Assembly (NCBI GenBank): GCA_040766545.1
Contig: JAXGQH010000004.1
Location: 2,157 to 66,156, forward strand
Direction of reading: 5' to 3'
Length of the DNA stretch: 64,000 nt
Origin: Christensenellaceae bacterium
GTDB lineage: Bacteria > Bacillota > Clostridia > Christensenellales > Christensenellaceae
Below the pieces are notes generated by a model. The model was given only the letters and a program-made list of their open reading frames with translations, made no database searches and had not been told where the DNA came from. Both the position numbers and the translations under genes were made by a program. This document shows, piece by piece, positions 44,317-55,407 of this stretch (positions are counted from its first letter, which is position 1; each line of letters starts with the position of its first letter).

Positions 44317-46463
44317 ATGATGGCAAAAGCAAAAAGCCAGTCGGACGGGAAAAATATAATCTGGTGATCGAGTCGCTCGCCAAGGCCAAGACCATTGAGA
44401 AGTTTTTGGGCGCGGGTATAAGGTGGCGGCCAGCAACGGGCACCTGATCGACCTTCCCCAAAAGCAAGCTGGGCGTGGATGTGGAAAAGGGCTTTGAGCC
44501 TCAATTATTCGTCATACGGGGGCGCACCCCCATTTTAAACGAACTGAAAAACAGGCCGGCGGCGGCGGAAAAAGTGTACCTCGCCGGCGACCCCGACCGG
44601 GAGGGCGAAGCCATCTCCTGGCATATTTCCAATGCCCTTTCTTCGGTAAAAGGCGAAAAGGGAGTCATCCGGCGGATCGAGTTCAACGAAATCACCAAAA
44701 CCGCCGTGAAGGAGGCCATCAAACACCCCCGGGACATCGACATCAACCGGGTGAACGCCCAGCAGGCCCGGCGGGTGCTGGATCGGCTGGTGGGCTACAA
44801 ACTTTCCCCCCTCCTTTGGAGCAAGGTGGCGAGGGGGCTGAGCGCCGGACGGGTGCAGTCCGTCACCGTCCGCCTGATCGTGGACAGGGAAAACGAGATA
44901 CGCAATTTTAAATCCCAGGAATACTGGACCATTGTGGCCGACCTGGTGGACGACAAGGGGAAAAACGGTTTTTCCGCCGTGTTCTTCGGGGATACAAAGA
45001 AAATCGTGCCCGGGAGCGAAGAGGAAGTCAAAAAAATCCTCGACAGCATTGAAGGGGAAGACTTTATCATCACGGACGTAAAAAAGTCCGAAAAACAACG
45101 GCGGCCCTTCGTGCCCTTCACCACCAGCACGCTCCAGCAGGACGCGGCCCGAAAGCTCAACTTTACCACCAAACGCACCATGATGGTGGCCCAGGGGCTG
45201 TACGAGGGCGTCAAGGTGAGCGAGAGCGAGACGGTGGGTCTCATCACCTATATGCGGACGGACTCCACCCGGGTTTCCTCCGAAGCGCAGGGAGCGGCCC
45301 GGGAATACATCGCCAAAAACTACGGAGCGGAGTATGTGCCTGAAAAGCCCAACTTCTATGCGGGCAGAAAAAACGCCCAGGACGCTCACGAGGCCGTGCG
45401 CCCCACGTACATCAAGTATACCCCCCAGAGCATCAAAGACAGGCTGAACGCCGATCAGTATAAGCTCTACAACCTGATTTACACCCGTTTTCTGGCCAGC
45501 CAGATGACCCCCGCCCGGTACGACACCATGAGCTATGAATTAAAGGCGGACGGATATGTGTTCAAGGCCAACTTCTCCAAAATCAAGTTCCAGGGCTACC
45601 GGGCCGTGTATAAGGAGATGGCGGAGGAAGAGGAAAACCTGAACGCCACCCTGCCCCCCATGGAAAAAGGGGACGTCTGCAAGGCCGTGAAAATCACCCC
45701 CAAGCAGAACTTCACCTCCCCTCCGCCGAGATACACCGAGGCCTCCCTGGTTCATACCCTGGAAGAAAAGGGGATCGGTCGGCCGTCCACCTACGCGCCC
45801 ATCATCTCCACCATACTGGAGCGGAAGTATGTGAAAAAGGATAAACGGGTTATCCTCCCAACAGAGCTGGGCGAAATCGTGACCGGGCTGATGGAGAAAA
45901 ATTTCCCGGACATTGTGGACGTGGCTTTTACCGCCGACATGGAGGAGAAACTCGACACCATCGAATCCGAAGGGAAGAACTGGAAAGAGGTGCTCCACGG
46001 CTTTTACGGCCCCTTCCAGCAGGAGCTTTTGAAGGCGGAAGCGGAAGTGGAGCACGTGAAGCTGCCCGACCGCCCCGCGGGCATGAAGTGCGAGCTGTGC
46101 GGCGCGGAGATGGTGTACAAAACGGGCCGGTTCGGCGAGTTTATCGCCTGCCCCAATTATCCCGAGTGTAAAAACACCAAGCCGGTGGTGAAGGAGATCG
46201 ACGTTCCCTGCCCCAAGTGCGGGGGCAAGATCATTGAGCGCCGCTCCAAGAAGGGCAACATTTTCTACGGCTGTGAAAAATACCCCGCTTGCGACTTTGT
46301 GTCCTGGGATATGCCCACCAAGGATAAATGTTCCGCCTGCGGCAGCTATCTGGTGGTGAAGCACGGCAGGGGGCGGATCACCTATAAAAAGTGCTCCAAC
46401 GAGAACTGCCCCACCAACGCCGCCAAATCCAAGGTCAAGAAGGACGCTGAGAAGAATGTCTGA
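44317..46463 (+). CDS. topA: DNA topoisomerase I (N-terminal indels)
   Basis: [46 protein letters not shown], Zn ribbons. Confidence 0.96.
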
Positions 46464-47779
46464 AGCGCGGGTCATCGGCGCGGGGCTGGCCGGATGCGAA
46501 GCCGCCCATCAGTTGGCGCTCCGGGGGATTTCTGTGGAGCTCATTGAAATGAAGCCGGAACGGAAGACCCTGCCCACAGTTAGGCGGCTTTGCCGAACTG
46601 GTATGCTCCAACTCTCTCCGCTCCGACCGGCTGGCCAACGCCGCCGGATTGTTAAAAGAAGAGATGCGGGCACTTGATTCGCTCATTATGCGCGCGGCAG
46701 ACGCCAACCGGGTGAGCGCAGGCGGAGCCCTGGCGGTGGAGCGCCATGCCTTTTCCGATTTTATTACAGAATACATAAAGAACCATCCGTATATACATAT
46801 AACCCAGCGCGAACAGGAGGAGCTGGAGGATTTTTCCGGCATCACCATCGTGGCCACCGGACCTCTCACCTCAGAGGCGTTGCTGCCGGCCATTCACGAG
46901 CTGGCGGGAGAGGCGTATCTCCACTTTTTTGACGCCGCCGCCCCCATCGTCACCCGGGAGAGCATCGACTTTGACAGGGTGTTCTGGGGTTCCCGGTACG
47001 ACCGGGGAAGCGACTATGTGAACTGCCCCATGACGAGGGAGGAATACGACGCTTTTTATGAGGCGCTCATCTCGGCGGACTGCGCGGAGATGAAAGGCTT
47101 TGAAAACGATCGGGTGTTCAGCGGGTGCATGCCCGTGGAAGTGATGGCAAAAGCGGGGTATCAGACGCTGCTTTTCGGCCCCTGCAAGCCGGTGGGCCTG
47201 AAAAACGACAGGTTTCCCGACCCCTATGCCGTGGTGCAGCTTAGAAAGGAAGACGAGGAGGGGCGGCTCTTCAATCTGGTGGGCTTTCAGACCCATTTGA
47301 AGTTTGGCGAGCAGAAGCGGGTGTTTTCCCTGATCCCCGGCCTTCAAAACGCGGAGTTCGCCCGGTACGGGGTGATGCACCAAAACACCTACCTCAACTC
47401 CCCCAGGCTTCTTGACGGGCGGTATCGGTTAAAAGAGCGGAAAAACATCTTCTTTGCCGGGCAGATCACGGGCGTGGAGGGGTATCTGGAGTCGGCGGCC
47501 AGCGGACTGTACGCGGGCATCTGCGCGGCTTATCAGGCGGCGGGAAAAGAGCCGCCGCTTCTTTCAAAGAAGACGGCCGTGGGTGCTCTCGCGGCCTATG
47601 TGAGCGGCAGCGTTTCGGCGGATTTTCAGCCCATGAACATCAACTTTGGGATCATGGAAGAGCCGGCGGAGAAAAAGGGAAAAAGAGGCGAGAGACGGGA
47701 ACGGGCGGCGAAAGAAGCCCTCGTGGAAATAGAGGAATATAAAGAAAAACTCCGGAATTTTGAAGGGGAAAACAGATGA
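46456..47779 (+). CDS. trmFO: tRNA (uracil-54)-methyltransferase TrmFO (indel near 46580)
   Basis: [49 protein letters not shown]. Confidence 0.95.
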
Positions 47780-48312
47780 CGCAGTTCAGCGGAACGACAA
47801 TTGTAGCCGTGAGAAGAGACGGCAAATGCGCAGTGGCGGGAGACGGTCAGGTGACCATGGGCGAAAAGACCATCCTGAAGCACGGCGCAATAAAAGTGAG
47901 AAGATTATACGAAGGGAAAGTGGTGGTGGGGTTCGCGGGTTCGGTGGCGGACGCTTTTACGCTTTCCGAGCGTTTTGAGGCAAAGCTGGAGCAGTACAGC
48001 GGCGCGCTTCTCCGCGCGGCGGTGGAGCTGGCCCAAGAGTGGCGGAACGACAAGATGATGCGCCAGCTGGAAGCCATGCTCATCGCGGCGGACAAGGAAA
48101 GCCTGGTGCTGGTTTCGGGCACGGGGGAAGTGATCGAGCCGGACGAGGGCGTGCTGGCCATCGGCTCGGGAGGCGCCTATGCCTACGCCGCGGCCAAGGC
48201 GCTGGTGCACAACACCTCCCTCTCCGCCCGGGAAATCGCCGAGCGGGCCATGCAGATCGCTTCGGAGATATGCGTCTTTACAAACGACCATATCACACTG
48301 GAGGAGGTGTAA
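47776..48312 (+). CDS. hslV: ATP-dependent protease subunit HslV/ClpQ
   Basis: [29 protein letters not shown]. Confidence 0.98.
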   Translation: MTQFSGTTIVAVRRDGKCAVAGDGQVTMGEKTILKHGAIKVRRLYEGKVVVGFAGSVADAFTLSERFEAKLEQYSGALLRAAVELAQEWRNDKMMRQLEAMLIAADKESLVLVSGTGEVIEPDEGVLAIGSGGAYAYAAAKALVHNTSLSAREIAERAMQIASEICVFTNDHITLEEV

Positions 48313-48313
48313 T

Positions 48314-49695
48314 ATGGAAAACCTGACGCCCAAACAGATCGTGTCCGAGCTCGACAAATATATCGTGGGCCAGCAGGACGCCAAGCGGGCGGTGGCCATC
48401 GCCCTTCGGAACCGGTACAGGCGGAGCCTGCTGGATGAAAGCCTGCGGGAAGACGTCACCCCCAAAAACATCATCATGATCGGGCCCACGGGCGTGGGCA
48501 AAACCGAGATTGCCCGCCGCCTGTCCAAAATCGTGCAGGCGCCTTTTGTGAAAGTGGAAGCCACCAAATTTACGGAAGTGGGCTATGTGGGAAAAGACGT
48601 GGAGAGCATGGTGCGGGATTTGGTGGAAGCCTCCATCCGCATGGTGAAAAAGCAGAGGACGGCGGCCGTGCGGGAACGGGCGGCGGCCCTTGCCGAACAG
48701 CGCCTGGCGGACATTCTCATGGGAGAAGGGGCGAGCAGGCGGGGGGAAAATCCCTTCCAGATGCTCTTTAACCCCATGCTTCCCCCGGGCAAACCTCCCG
48801 AAACCCCCGAGGAAAAAGAGAAGAAGACGACCAAGCGGGAAGAGGTGCTGGCCGGGCTTCAGTCGGGCGCCTTTGAGAATGTGATCGTGGAAGTGGAGGT
48901 GGAAGACAATTCCGGCGTGGGCATTGAAATCGCCGGGATCGGTTCGGAAATCAACATGGGCGAAATGTTTTCGGGCATCCTTCCCAAAAAGACCAAGACC
49001 AGAAAAGTGCCCGTGTCCGAAGCCAGAAAGATACTGGAGGAAGAGGAAGCCGAAGAGCTCATCGACATGGACGAAGTGGTGGCGACCGCCATTGAAAACG
49101 CGGAGCAGAGCGGCATCATCTTTTTTGACGAGATCGATAAAATCGCCGGCAAAAGTAAAGGCGTGGGTCCGGATATTTCCAGGAGGGCGTGCAGCGAGAT
49201 ATTCTCCCCATCGTGGAGGGGAGCGTCGTCACCACCAAATACGGCCCGGTGAAGACAGATCATATGCTCTTCATCGCCGCCGGGGCGTTTAACGTGTCCA
49301 AAGTTTCCGACCTCATCCCCGAGCTTCAGGGACGGTTTCCCATACAGGTGGATTTAAAGCCCCTGCTGAAAGAAGACTTTGTGAAAATATTGACCCAGCC
49401 CCAAAACTCCCTCATCAAGCAGTACACGGCTCTTTTGGAGGCGGACGGCATCCGGCTTTCCTTCAGCGAGGAAGCCATCGAAGCCATGGCCGGTTACGCG
49501 TACGAAGCCAACAGCACCATGGAAAACATCGGCGCCCGGAGGCTCCACACCATCGTGGAAAACCTGCTGGAAGACATCTCCTTTAACGCGGGCAACGTGT
49601 TCCCGCCGGTGGACGTGAAGATCGACAAAAAATACGTGGACGAACACATGAAGGATTACTTAAAGGACAGGGATCTTTCCAGATTCGTGCTTTAA
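48314..49695 (+). CDS. hslU: ATP-dependent protease ATPase HslU/ClpY (indel near 49185)
   Basis: [53 protein letters not shown]. Confidence 0.96.
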
Positions 49696-49696
49696 A

Positions 49697-50995
49697 ATGC
49701 TGAAAATTAAAGAGGTTTACGAACAAAGCATTGCCCGGGAGATGGGCCTTTCTCCCGGGGATGTGATCTTAAAAATAAACGGCGAGCGGGCGATCGACAT
49801 CATCGACTACCTGTTTTTCGAGTCCCGGGAAACGCTGGAGCTTTCTGTCCTGAAAGAGGAGGGCAAGGTGGTTCAATATGCCCTCCAAAAAGGGGAGGAG
49901 GAGCCTCTCGGCGTCGAATTTGAAGCGGATGGGCTCGGGGTAAACAGGGGCTGCATCAACAACTGCATCTTCTGCTTTGTGGATCAGCTTCCGGAGGGTA
50001 TGCGGAGTTCCCTTTATTTTAAGGATGACGACTGGCGCCTCTCCTTTGTGGTGGGCAATTACGTCACCCTCACAAACGTCTCGGAGGTGGAGTTTCAGCG
50101 GATTTTAAGGCGCAAGCCCTCGCCCTTGAACATTTCCGTCCATGCCACGGACGAAAATGTGCGCACTTTTCTCTTGGGAAACCAGAAGAGCGGCCTCATG
50201 AACCGTTTGCATAGTCTTAAAAAAGCAGGTATAATGTTTAATTGCCAGGCTGTGCTCTGCAAGGGCATCAACGACGGGCTCGTGCTGGAAAAGACCATCC
50301 TGGAGCTGTCCGCCCTCATGCCGAACGCCCTTTCCCTGGCGCTGGTGCCCGTGGGGCTCACAGGCCACAGAGAGGGGCTTCCCGGTCTTCAGCCCATCGA
50401 CGAGAAGACGGCGGGGGAGATCGTCGACGTTGCGGAAAAGTGGCAGCAGCGGCTTTTAAAGGAATACGGCAGGCGGTTCGTGTTCTGCGCGGACGAGCTT
50501 TATATCAAGGCTAAAAAGCCTTTTCCTCCCGCGGAGGCATACGAGGGATTCATGCAGCTGGAAGACGGGGTGGGCCTCGTGGCGCTGTTTCGGGACGAGC
50601 TTATGTCCGCCCTCTCAGAGGCGGGGCGGGCGAAATATGCCCGGCTGTCCCTGCTGTCGGGCGTGGACGCGGCTCCTTATTTAAAAGAGGCTGCGGATAA
50701 AATAAAAGAAAAAATGGGAGCGGAGATTGCCGTTCACCCCATCAAAAACGCATTTTTTGGCGAGAGTATCACTGTCACCGGCCTCATCACGGGGGGTGAC
50801 ATCATCCGGGAGCTCAAGGGAAAAGAGCTGGGAGAAGCGCTCATCCTGCCAAAGGTCATGCTTCGGCAGGGGGAAGACATATTTCTTGACGGCGTGACCG
50901 TGGGGGCCGTGGAACAATCGCTTGGGGTGAAATGCATCCCCGTGGGTGCAGACGCTTACTCCCTTGTGGAAATGCTGGAAGGACAGGAGAATTAA
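49697..50995 (+). CDS. PDZ plus radical-SAM-like DUF512 protein
   Basis: N-terminal PDZ, CINNCIFCFVDQLP, KDDDWRLSF, VTGLITG.D; conserved neighbour of der. Confidence 0.9.
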   Translation: MLKIKEVYEQSIAREMGLSPGDVILKINGERAIDIIDYLFFESRETLELSVLKEEGKVVQYALQKGEEEPLGVEFEADGLGVNRGCINNCIFCFVDQLPEGMRSSLYFKDDDWRLSFVVGNYVTLTNVSEVEFQRILRRKPSPLNISVHATDENVRTFLLGNQKSGLMNRLHSLKKAGIMFNCQAVLCKGINDGLVLEKTILELSALMPNALSLALVPVGLTGHREGLPGLQPIDEKTAGEIVDVAEKWQQRLLKEYGRRFVFCADELYIKAKKPFPPAEAYEGFMQLEDGVGLVALFRDELMSALSEAGRAKYARLSLLSGVDAAPYLKEAADKIKEKMGAEIAVHPIKNAFFGESITVTGLITGGDIIRELKGKELGEALILPKVMLRQGEDIFLDGVTVGAVEQSLGVKCIPVGADAYSLVEMLEGQEN

Positions 50996-50998
50996 GAT

Positions 50999-52321
50999 AT
51001 GGCAAAGCCGATTGTGGCGATTGTGGGCAGGCCCAACGTGGGCAAATCCACATTTTTCAATAAAGTATGCAGAAAAAGGGTGGCCATCGTGGAAGACACG
51101 CCGGGCGTCACCCGGGACAGGATATTTCAGGACGCGGAATGGCTGGGCTACGAATTCACCCTGGTGGATACGGGGGGCATCGAGCCGGACAGCAGCGACG
51201 TGATCTTAAAAAAGATGCGGGAACAGGCCGAACTGGCCATCGACGCGGCGGACGTGATTTTGTTTTTCGTGGACGCCAAAACGGGGCTGGTGGGGGCGGA
51301 CTATGAAGTGGCGGATATGCTTCGGAAGACCAAAAAGCCCGTGGTCACCGTCATCAACAAAGTGGAGTCCCAAAAGGACATGGATATGTCCTACGATTTC
51401 TACGGCATGGCCGTCGGAAATGTGTTCACCATCTCCGCCGAGCAGAGCCTGGGTCTCGGAGACCTCCTCGACGAAGTGATTTCCCACATCAGCAAAGTGG
51501 AAGACCGGCAGGCGGGGGAGGCCACCTGCATCGCCATCGTGGGCAAGCCGAACGCCGGGAAATCTTCTCTCGCCAATAAGATACTGGGGCAGGAGCGCTC
51601 CATCGTGAGCGACATACCGGGCACCACCCGGGACTCCATCGACAGCCCTTTTAAGCGGGACGGCAAGGACTATATCATCATCGACACCGCCGGCCTTAGA
51701 AAGAAGAGCAAAATAGAAGACGAGTCCATTGAACGGTACAGCGCCATCCGCGCCTTGGCCTCCGTCCGCCGGGCGGACGTGGTGGTGGTGCTGGTGGACG
51801 CAACGGAAGGCGTGAGCGAGCAGGACGCCAAAATCGCCGGGTTCGTGGACGAAGAGGGCAAGCCTTCGGTCATCGCCGTGAATAAGTGGGACGCGGTGGA
51901 AAAAGACACCTTTACCATTGAACAATACAAGAAGGACATCGCGGCCGTGCTGTCTTTCATGCCTTACGCCGACAGCGTCTATCTCTCCGCCAAAACGGGC
52001 CAGCGGATCGACCGGCTCTTTGAGCTGGCCGAGCAGGCGCTTCAAAACTCCAGGCGGCGCATTGCGACGGGCGTGTTAAACGACTGCCTCCGGGAAGCCA
52101 TGGACGCGGTGCAGCCCCCCTCTGACCGGGGAAGGCGGCTTAAAATTTATTATATGACGCAGGCTTCTGTGTCTCCGCCCACCTTCGTGTTCTTTGTGAA
52201 CGAAGCCAAGCTTATGCACTATTCCTACGAACGATATCTGGAAAACTATCTCCGGAAGACCTTTGACTTCTCGGGCACGCCCATCCGGATCGTGCTGCGG
52301 GAGCGGGGAGAAAAGATCTGA
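50999..52321 (+). CDS. der: Ribosome biogenesis GTPase Der/EngA
   Basis: Two G domains, GRPNVGKST and GKPNAGKSS, plus KH-like C-terminus. Confidence 0.98.
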   Translation: MAKPIVAIVGRPNVGKSTFFNKVCRKRVAIVEDTPGVTRDRIFQDAEWLGYEFTLVDTGGIEPDSSDVILKKMREQAELAIDAADVILFFVDAKTGLVGADYEVADMLRKTKKPVVTVINKVESQKDMDMSYDFYGMAVGNVFTISAEQSLGLGDLLDEVISHISKVEDRQAGEATCIAIVGKPNAGKSSLANKILGQERSIVSDIPGTTRDSIDSPFKRDGKDYIIIDTAGLRKKSKIEDESIERYSAIRALASVRRADVVVVLVDATEGVSEQDAKIAGFVDEEGKPSVIAVNKWDAVEKDTFTIEQYKKDIAAVLSFMPYADSVYLSAKTGQRIDRLFELAEQALQNSRRRIATGVLNDCLREAMDAVQPPSDRGRRLKIYYMTQASVSPPTFVFFVNEAKLMHYSYERYLENYLRKTFDFSGTPIRIVLRERGEKI

Positions 52322-52358
52322 AGCAAAACAGTCTGAAACGCGTGTAGAGGGTTTTGAA

Positions 52359-52973
52359 ATGGATGTTTTGATTTTGTCGGCGGTGGCGGTGGCGGCGTAT
52401 CTTCTGGGGTCGATCTCTCCCGCCCTCATCATTTCCCACAGCGCCTTAAAAGAGGATGTGCGCAAATACGGGAGCGGCAATGCCGGCGCCACCAACATGA
52501 TCCGCAACTATGGCTGGGGCTATGGGATTCTGACCTTTTTTCTCGACGGGTTCAAGCGCGCGCTGGCCGTCTTTCTGGCAAAGCTCGTTGCGGGGGATCC
52601 GGGGATGAGCGTGGCGGCGTTTTTCGTGGTGATCGGCCACAACTGCCCCATCTATTACGGCTTTCGGGGAGGTAAAGGCATCTCCACCACCCTTGGGGTG
52701 TTTCTCGTGATGCGTCCCACCTTCACGCTTGCCATCGTGGCCGTGGGGGCGGTGGTGATCGCCTGCACGCAGATTGTGTCCATCGGCTCCATATTGGGCC
52801 TCCTGGCCGAGGCGGTGACCGTGCTCGTTTTTCAGGACGTGACCATTTACCTTCGGATCGTGGTGCTGGTGCTGGCCGTGATGGGTATCGTGGGGCATCG
52901 CTCCAACATCAAACGCCTGCTTTCGGGCACTGAAAATAAAATCCGCTCGGGCGGAAAAAAACGTGATGCGTAA
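52359..52973 (+). CDS. plsY: Glycerol-3-phosphate acyltransferase PlsY
   Basis: YLLGSI, GSGNAGATN, GH..P....RGGKG, HRSNIKRL..GTE. Confidence 0.96.
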   Translation: MDVLILSAVAVAAYLLGSISPALIISHSALKEDVRKYGSGNAGATNMIRNYGWGYGILTFFLDGFKRALAVFLAKLVAGDPGMSVAAFFVVIGHNCPIYYGFRGGKGISTTLGVFLVMRPTFTLAIVAVGAVVIACTQIVSIGSILGLLAEAVTVLVFQDVTIYLRIVVLVLAVMGIVGHRSNIKRLLSGTENKIRSGGKKRDA

Positions 52974-52990
52974 AATACGCATCATTTTTA
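52964..52990 (+). terminator. Terminator after plsY
   Basis: tgatgcgta-aaa-tacgcatca-ttttt. Confidence 0.75.
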
Positions 52991-53002
52991 TTGGCTTTGC
53001 GA

Positions 53003-53031
53003 TTGCCGAGCATAGAGCATTGTGCTATCAT
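53003..53031 (+). promoter_or_regulatory. Putative SigA-type promoter of the SIS-gene operon
   Basis: TTGCCG-17 nt-TATCAT with TG extension; GAGCAT direct repeat at 53008 and 53015. Confidence 0.55.
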
Positions 53032-53089
53032 AAAAAAAGAGTGGATATCAAGGTTTTCCATTAAAATATGTTAGGAGGAAGGATTCAGT

Positions 53090-53626
53090 ATGATCAAGGA
53101 ATATGCCCATCCGATTTTAGACGAGATCGGCCAGGCCTTACGCGACATGGATTACGACATACTTTGGAAAATGGTGGCCGAAATTCATGGAGCGAACCGC
53201 ATTTTCCTGCATGGCGTGGGAACGGCTGAGCTCTGCATGAAGAACTTTGCCATGTATCTCAAGCACTTTGGTTACAGAAGCCACATCGTGGGGGACGCCA
53301 CCTGCCCCGCCATCAAGCCGGGGGATACGCTGTTCATCGTCTCCGAAACGGGAGAAACGCCCGTGAGCCTCTTCATGGCCAAGAAGGCGAAGGAGATCGG
53401 CGAAATTAAGGTGCTGCTGGCCACGGCCGCCAAGGGTTCCTCCCTGGAAAAACTTGCGGACTACACCGTGCATTTCGGCTCGAACGAAGTGGATTCCATC
53501 CAGCCCCCGGGCGCGCTGTTTGACGGCTGCGTGGTCTACGGGCTCGACTGGGCGCTCCGCGCCTGCGTACAGCAGCGGCTGGGCAGAAGAGACGGCGCCG
53601 GCCCCCTGCACTCGAATCTGGAATAA
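53090..53626 (+). CDS. SIS-domain protein, 6-phospho-3-hexuloisomerase (HxlB/PHI)-like, copy 1
   Basis: ANRIFLHGVG...FAMYLKHFG...VGDATCPAIKPGD...SIQPPGALFD...HSNLE; SD aggagg. Confidence 0.85.
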   Translation: MIKEYAHPILDEIGQALRDMDYDILWKMVAEIHGANRIFLHGVGTAELCMKNFAMYLKHFGYRSHIVGDATCPAIKPGDTLFIVSETGETPVSLFMAKKAKEIGEIKVLLATAAKGSSLEKLADYTVHFGSNEVDSIQPPGALFDGCVVYGLDWALRACVQQRLGRRDGAGPLHSNLE

Positions 53627-53663
53627 AAAAGAGCATACCAATTTTATAAGGAGAAAACTGATT

Positions 53664-54227
53664 ATGATGTCGATCAAAGAAATAGCCGGTCAGATCATGA
53701 AGGAAATAGACGAGGCCACCAAAAAGCTGGACGAAGAGACGCTGGTAAAAGTATTCGCCACCGTCCACGGCGCCAACCGGATATTCTTCCACGCCAACGG
53801 CCGGAATCTGCTCACCATTAAATACTATGCCCAGCGCCTCATGCACCACGGCTACCGGGTGTTCATCGTAAACGACGTGGCCACCCCCGCCATCAAGCCG
53901 GGAGACGCCCTCATCGTGGTGTCCGCCTGCGGCGAAGAGGAAAACATTTTGACCGCCGTGAAGAAGGCGAAGGAAATCGGAGGCATCCAGGTGGTGCTGG
54001 TCACCGCCGCGGAAAAATCCTCCATCGGCAGTCTGGCGGACATCGTTGTGAAGCTGAACGTGCCCGTGCCCGGCTCCAGGGAAGACAAGTCCATCCAGCC
54101 CATCGGCTCCCAGTTCGAGCAGGCGGTGCTGTATGTGATGGACGTGGGCATGTCCCATTATTCCATGGATCGGCTGGGCATCACGCTGACCCCCGGCGAA
54201 AACCCGCTCCATGCCAACCTGCAATAG
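53664..54227 (+). CDS. SIS-domain HxlB/PHI-like protein, copy 2
   Basis: NGRN...AQRLMHHG...TPAIKPGD...SIQPIGSQFEQ...HANLQ; SD aggag; start ATG 53664. Confidence 0.88.
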   Translation: MMSIKEIAGQIMKEIDEATKKLDEETLVKVFATVHGANRIFFHANGRNLLTIKYYAQRLMHHGYRVFIVNDVATPAIKPGDALIVVSACGEEENILTAVKKAKEIGGIQVVLVTAAEKSSIGSLADIVVKLNVPVPGSREDKSIQPIGSQFEQAVLYVMDVGMSHYSMDRLGITLTPGENPLHANLQ

Positions 54228-54248
54228 CCCGCTGAAAAGGAGACTGAC

Positions 54249-54785
54249 ATGATTAAAGAATATTGTGCGAAAGCAGTGAAAGGCACAAGAAAAGTCGTCG
54301 AGGGCCTGGATGAAGCCGTGCTTCAAAAGATTGCCGACCGGATCGTGGCTGCCGACAACGTCTTTGTGGTGGCCGACGTGGGACGGCCCGGCCTTGCGCT
54401 CATGTGCCTGGCCTCCAGATTGAGGCAGATGGGCGTGCGCGCCTATCGTCTGGAAGAGTCTCCCCCCACCCCCTCCGTGCACGAGGGCGACGTGGTTTTG
54501 ATCGGCTCGGTGGACGGGGAAGACAAGACCTCCATCACCTTTATGAAAAAAGGCAAGGAGCTCCACATCGACTACGACCTCTTCACCCCGACCAAGGGCT
54601 CCACTCTTGAAAAAGACGCCGCCGAAGTGCTTTACTTCGACTGCAAAGCCGAGGGCGGCCTGATCGAAGAAGAGTATTTCGAGCTGGCGCTGTTCGTGAT
54701 CTGCGAAGCCATCGTCATGTACGCGAGCAAAAAGCTCGGCAAAACGTATGAGCGCATGCAGCGCGAGCTGCCCGTTCTTTTCTAA
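54249..54785 (+). CDS. SIS-domain HxlB/PHI-like protein, copy 3 (most degenerate)
   Basis: VGRPGL...ASRLRQMG...TPSVHEGDVVLIGS...YFELAL; SD aaggag. Confidence 0.78.
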   Translation: MIKEYCAKAVKGTRKVVEGLDEAVLQKIADRIVAADNVFVVADVGRPGLALMCLASRLRQMGVRAYRLEESPPTPSVHEGDVVLIGSVDGEDKTSITFMKKGKELHIDYDLFTPTKGSTLEKDAAEVLYFDCKAEGGLIEEEYFELALFVICEAIVMYASKKLGKTYERMQRELPVLF

Positions 54786-54805
54786 TTGGACGACAGGAGA
54801 ATACT

Positions 54806-55396
54806 ATGATTAAAGAAACCAATAAAAAGCAGGAGCAGTCCGCCCATCTCACCTATAAGGCAAGAGTCAGGTTTCATGAAGACCGTCTGGCCGAAATGAA
54901 GATCGTGGCCGAGACGATGGACGAGGACGCGCTTCGGAAAATAGCGGATAAAATAGATGGGGCGAACAGCGTGTTTGTGGCCGCCCTTGGCCGGTCGCGG
55001 CTCAACATCGTGACCTTTGCCGCCCGGTTAAAGCAGATGGGCATACGCTCTCACGTGGTGGGCGACGTGTCCACTCCCTCTATCCATAAGGGAGACGTGT
55101 TCATCATCGGCTCTTCTTCGGGCAACACTTCTTCCCTGGTGGCCTTTGCCAAAAAAGCCGCGGCGCTGGGCGTGGACATCCTGCTCTTCACGGAAAACGA
55201 AAAATCCCAGATAGGCGACCTCGCCGCCCTTCAGTATGTGATGAAGGTGGACGAAAGCCGGCTTGCCAAGCATCCGGGACTGTATGCGGAATACGCCATC
55301 AACTTGGCTTATCAGTGCATCGTGCAGTACCTCATGAAGAAGAGGGGCGTTTCGAAAGAACAGATGCAGGGCGAAGCGTGCAATTTATACGAATAA
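54806..55396 (+). CDS. SIS-domain HxlB/PHI-like protein, copy 4
   Basis: VFVAALGRS...FAARLKQMG...VGDVSTPSIHKGD...GSSSGNTSSL; SD aggag. Confidence 0.85.
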   Translation: MIKETNKKQEQSAHLTYKARVRFHEDRLAEMKIVAETMDEDALRKIADKIDGANSVFVAALGRSRLNIVTFAARLKQMGIRSHVVGDVSTPSIHKGDVFIIGSSSGNTSSLVAFAKKAAALGVDILLFTENEKSQIGDLAALQYVMKVDESRLAKHPGLYAEYAINLAYQCIVQYLMKKRGVSKEQMQGEACNLYE

Positions 55397-55407
55397 AGGA
55401 GATCGGC

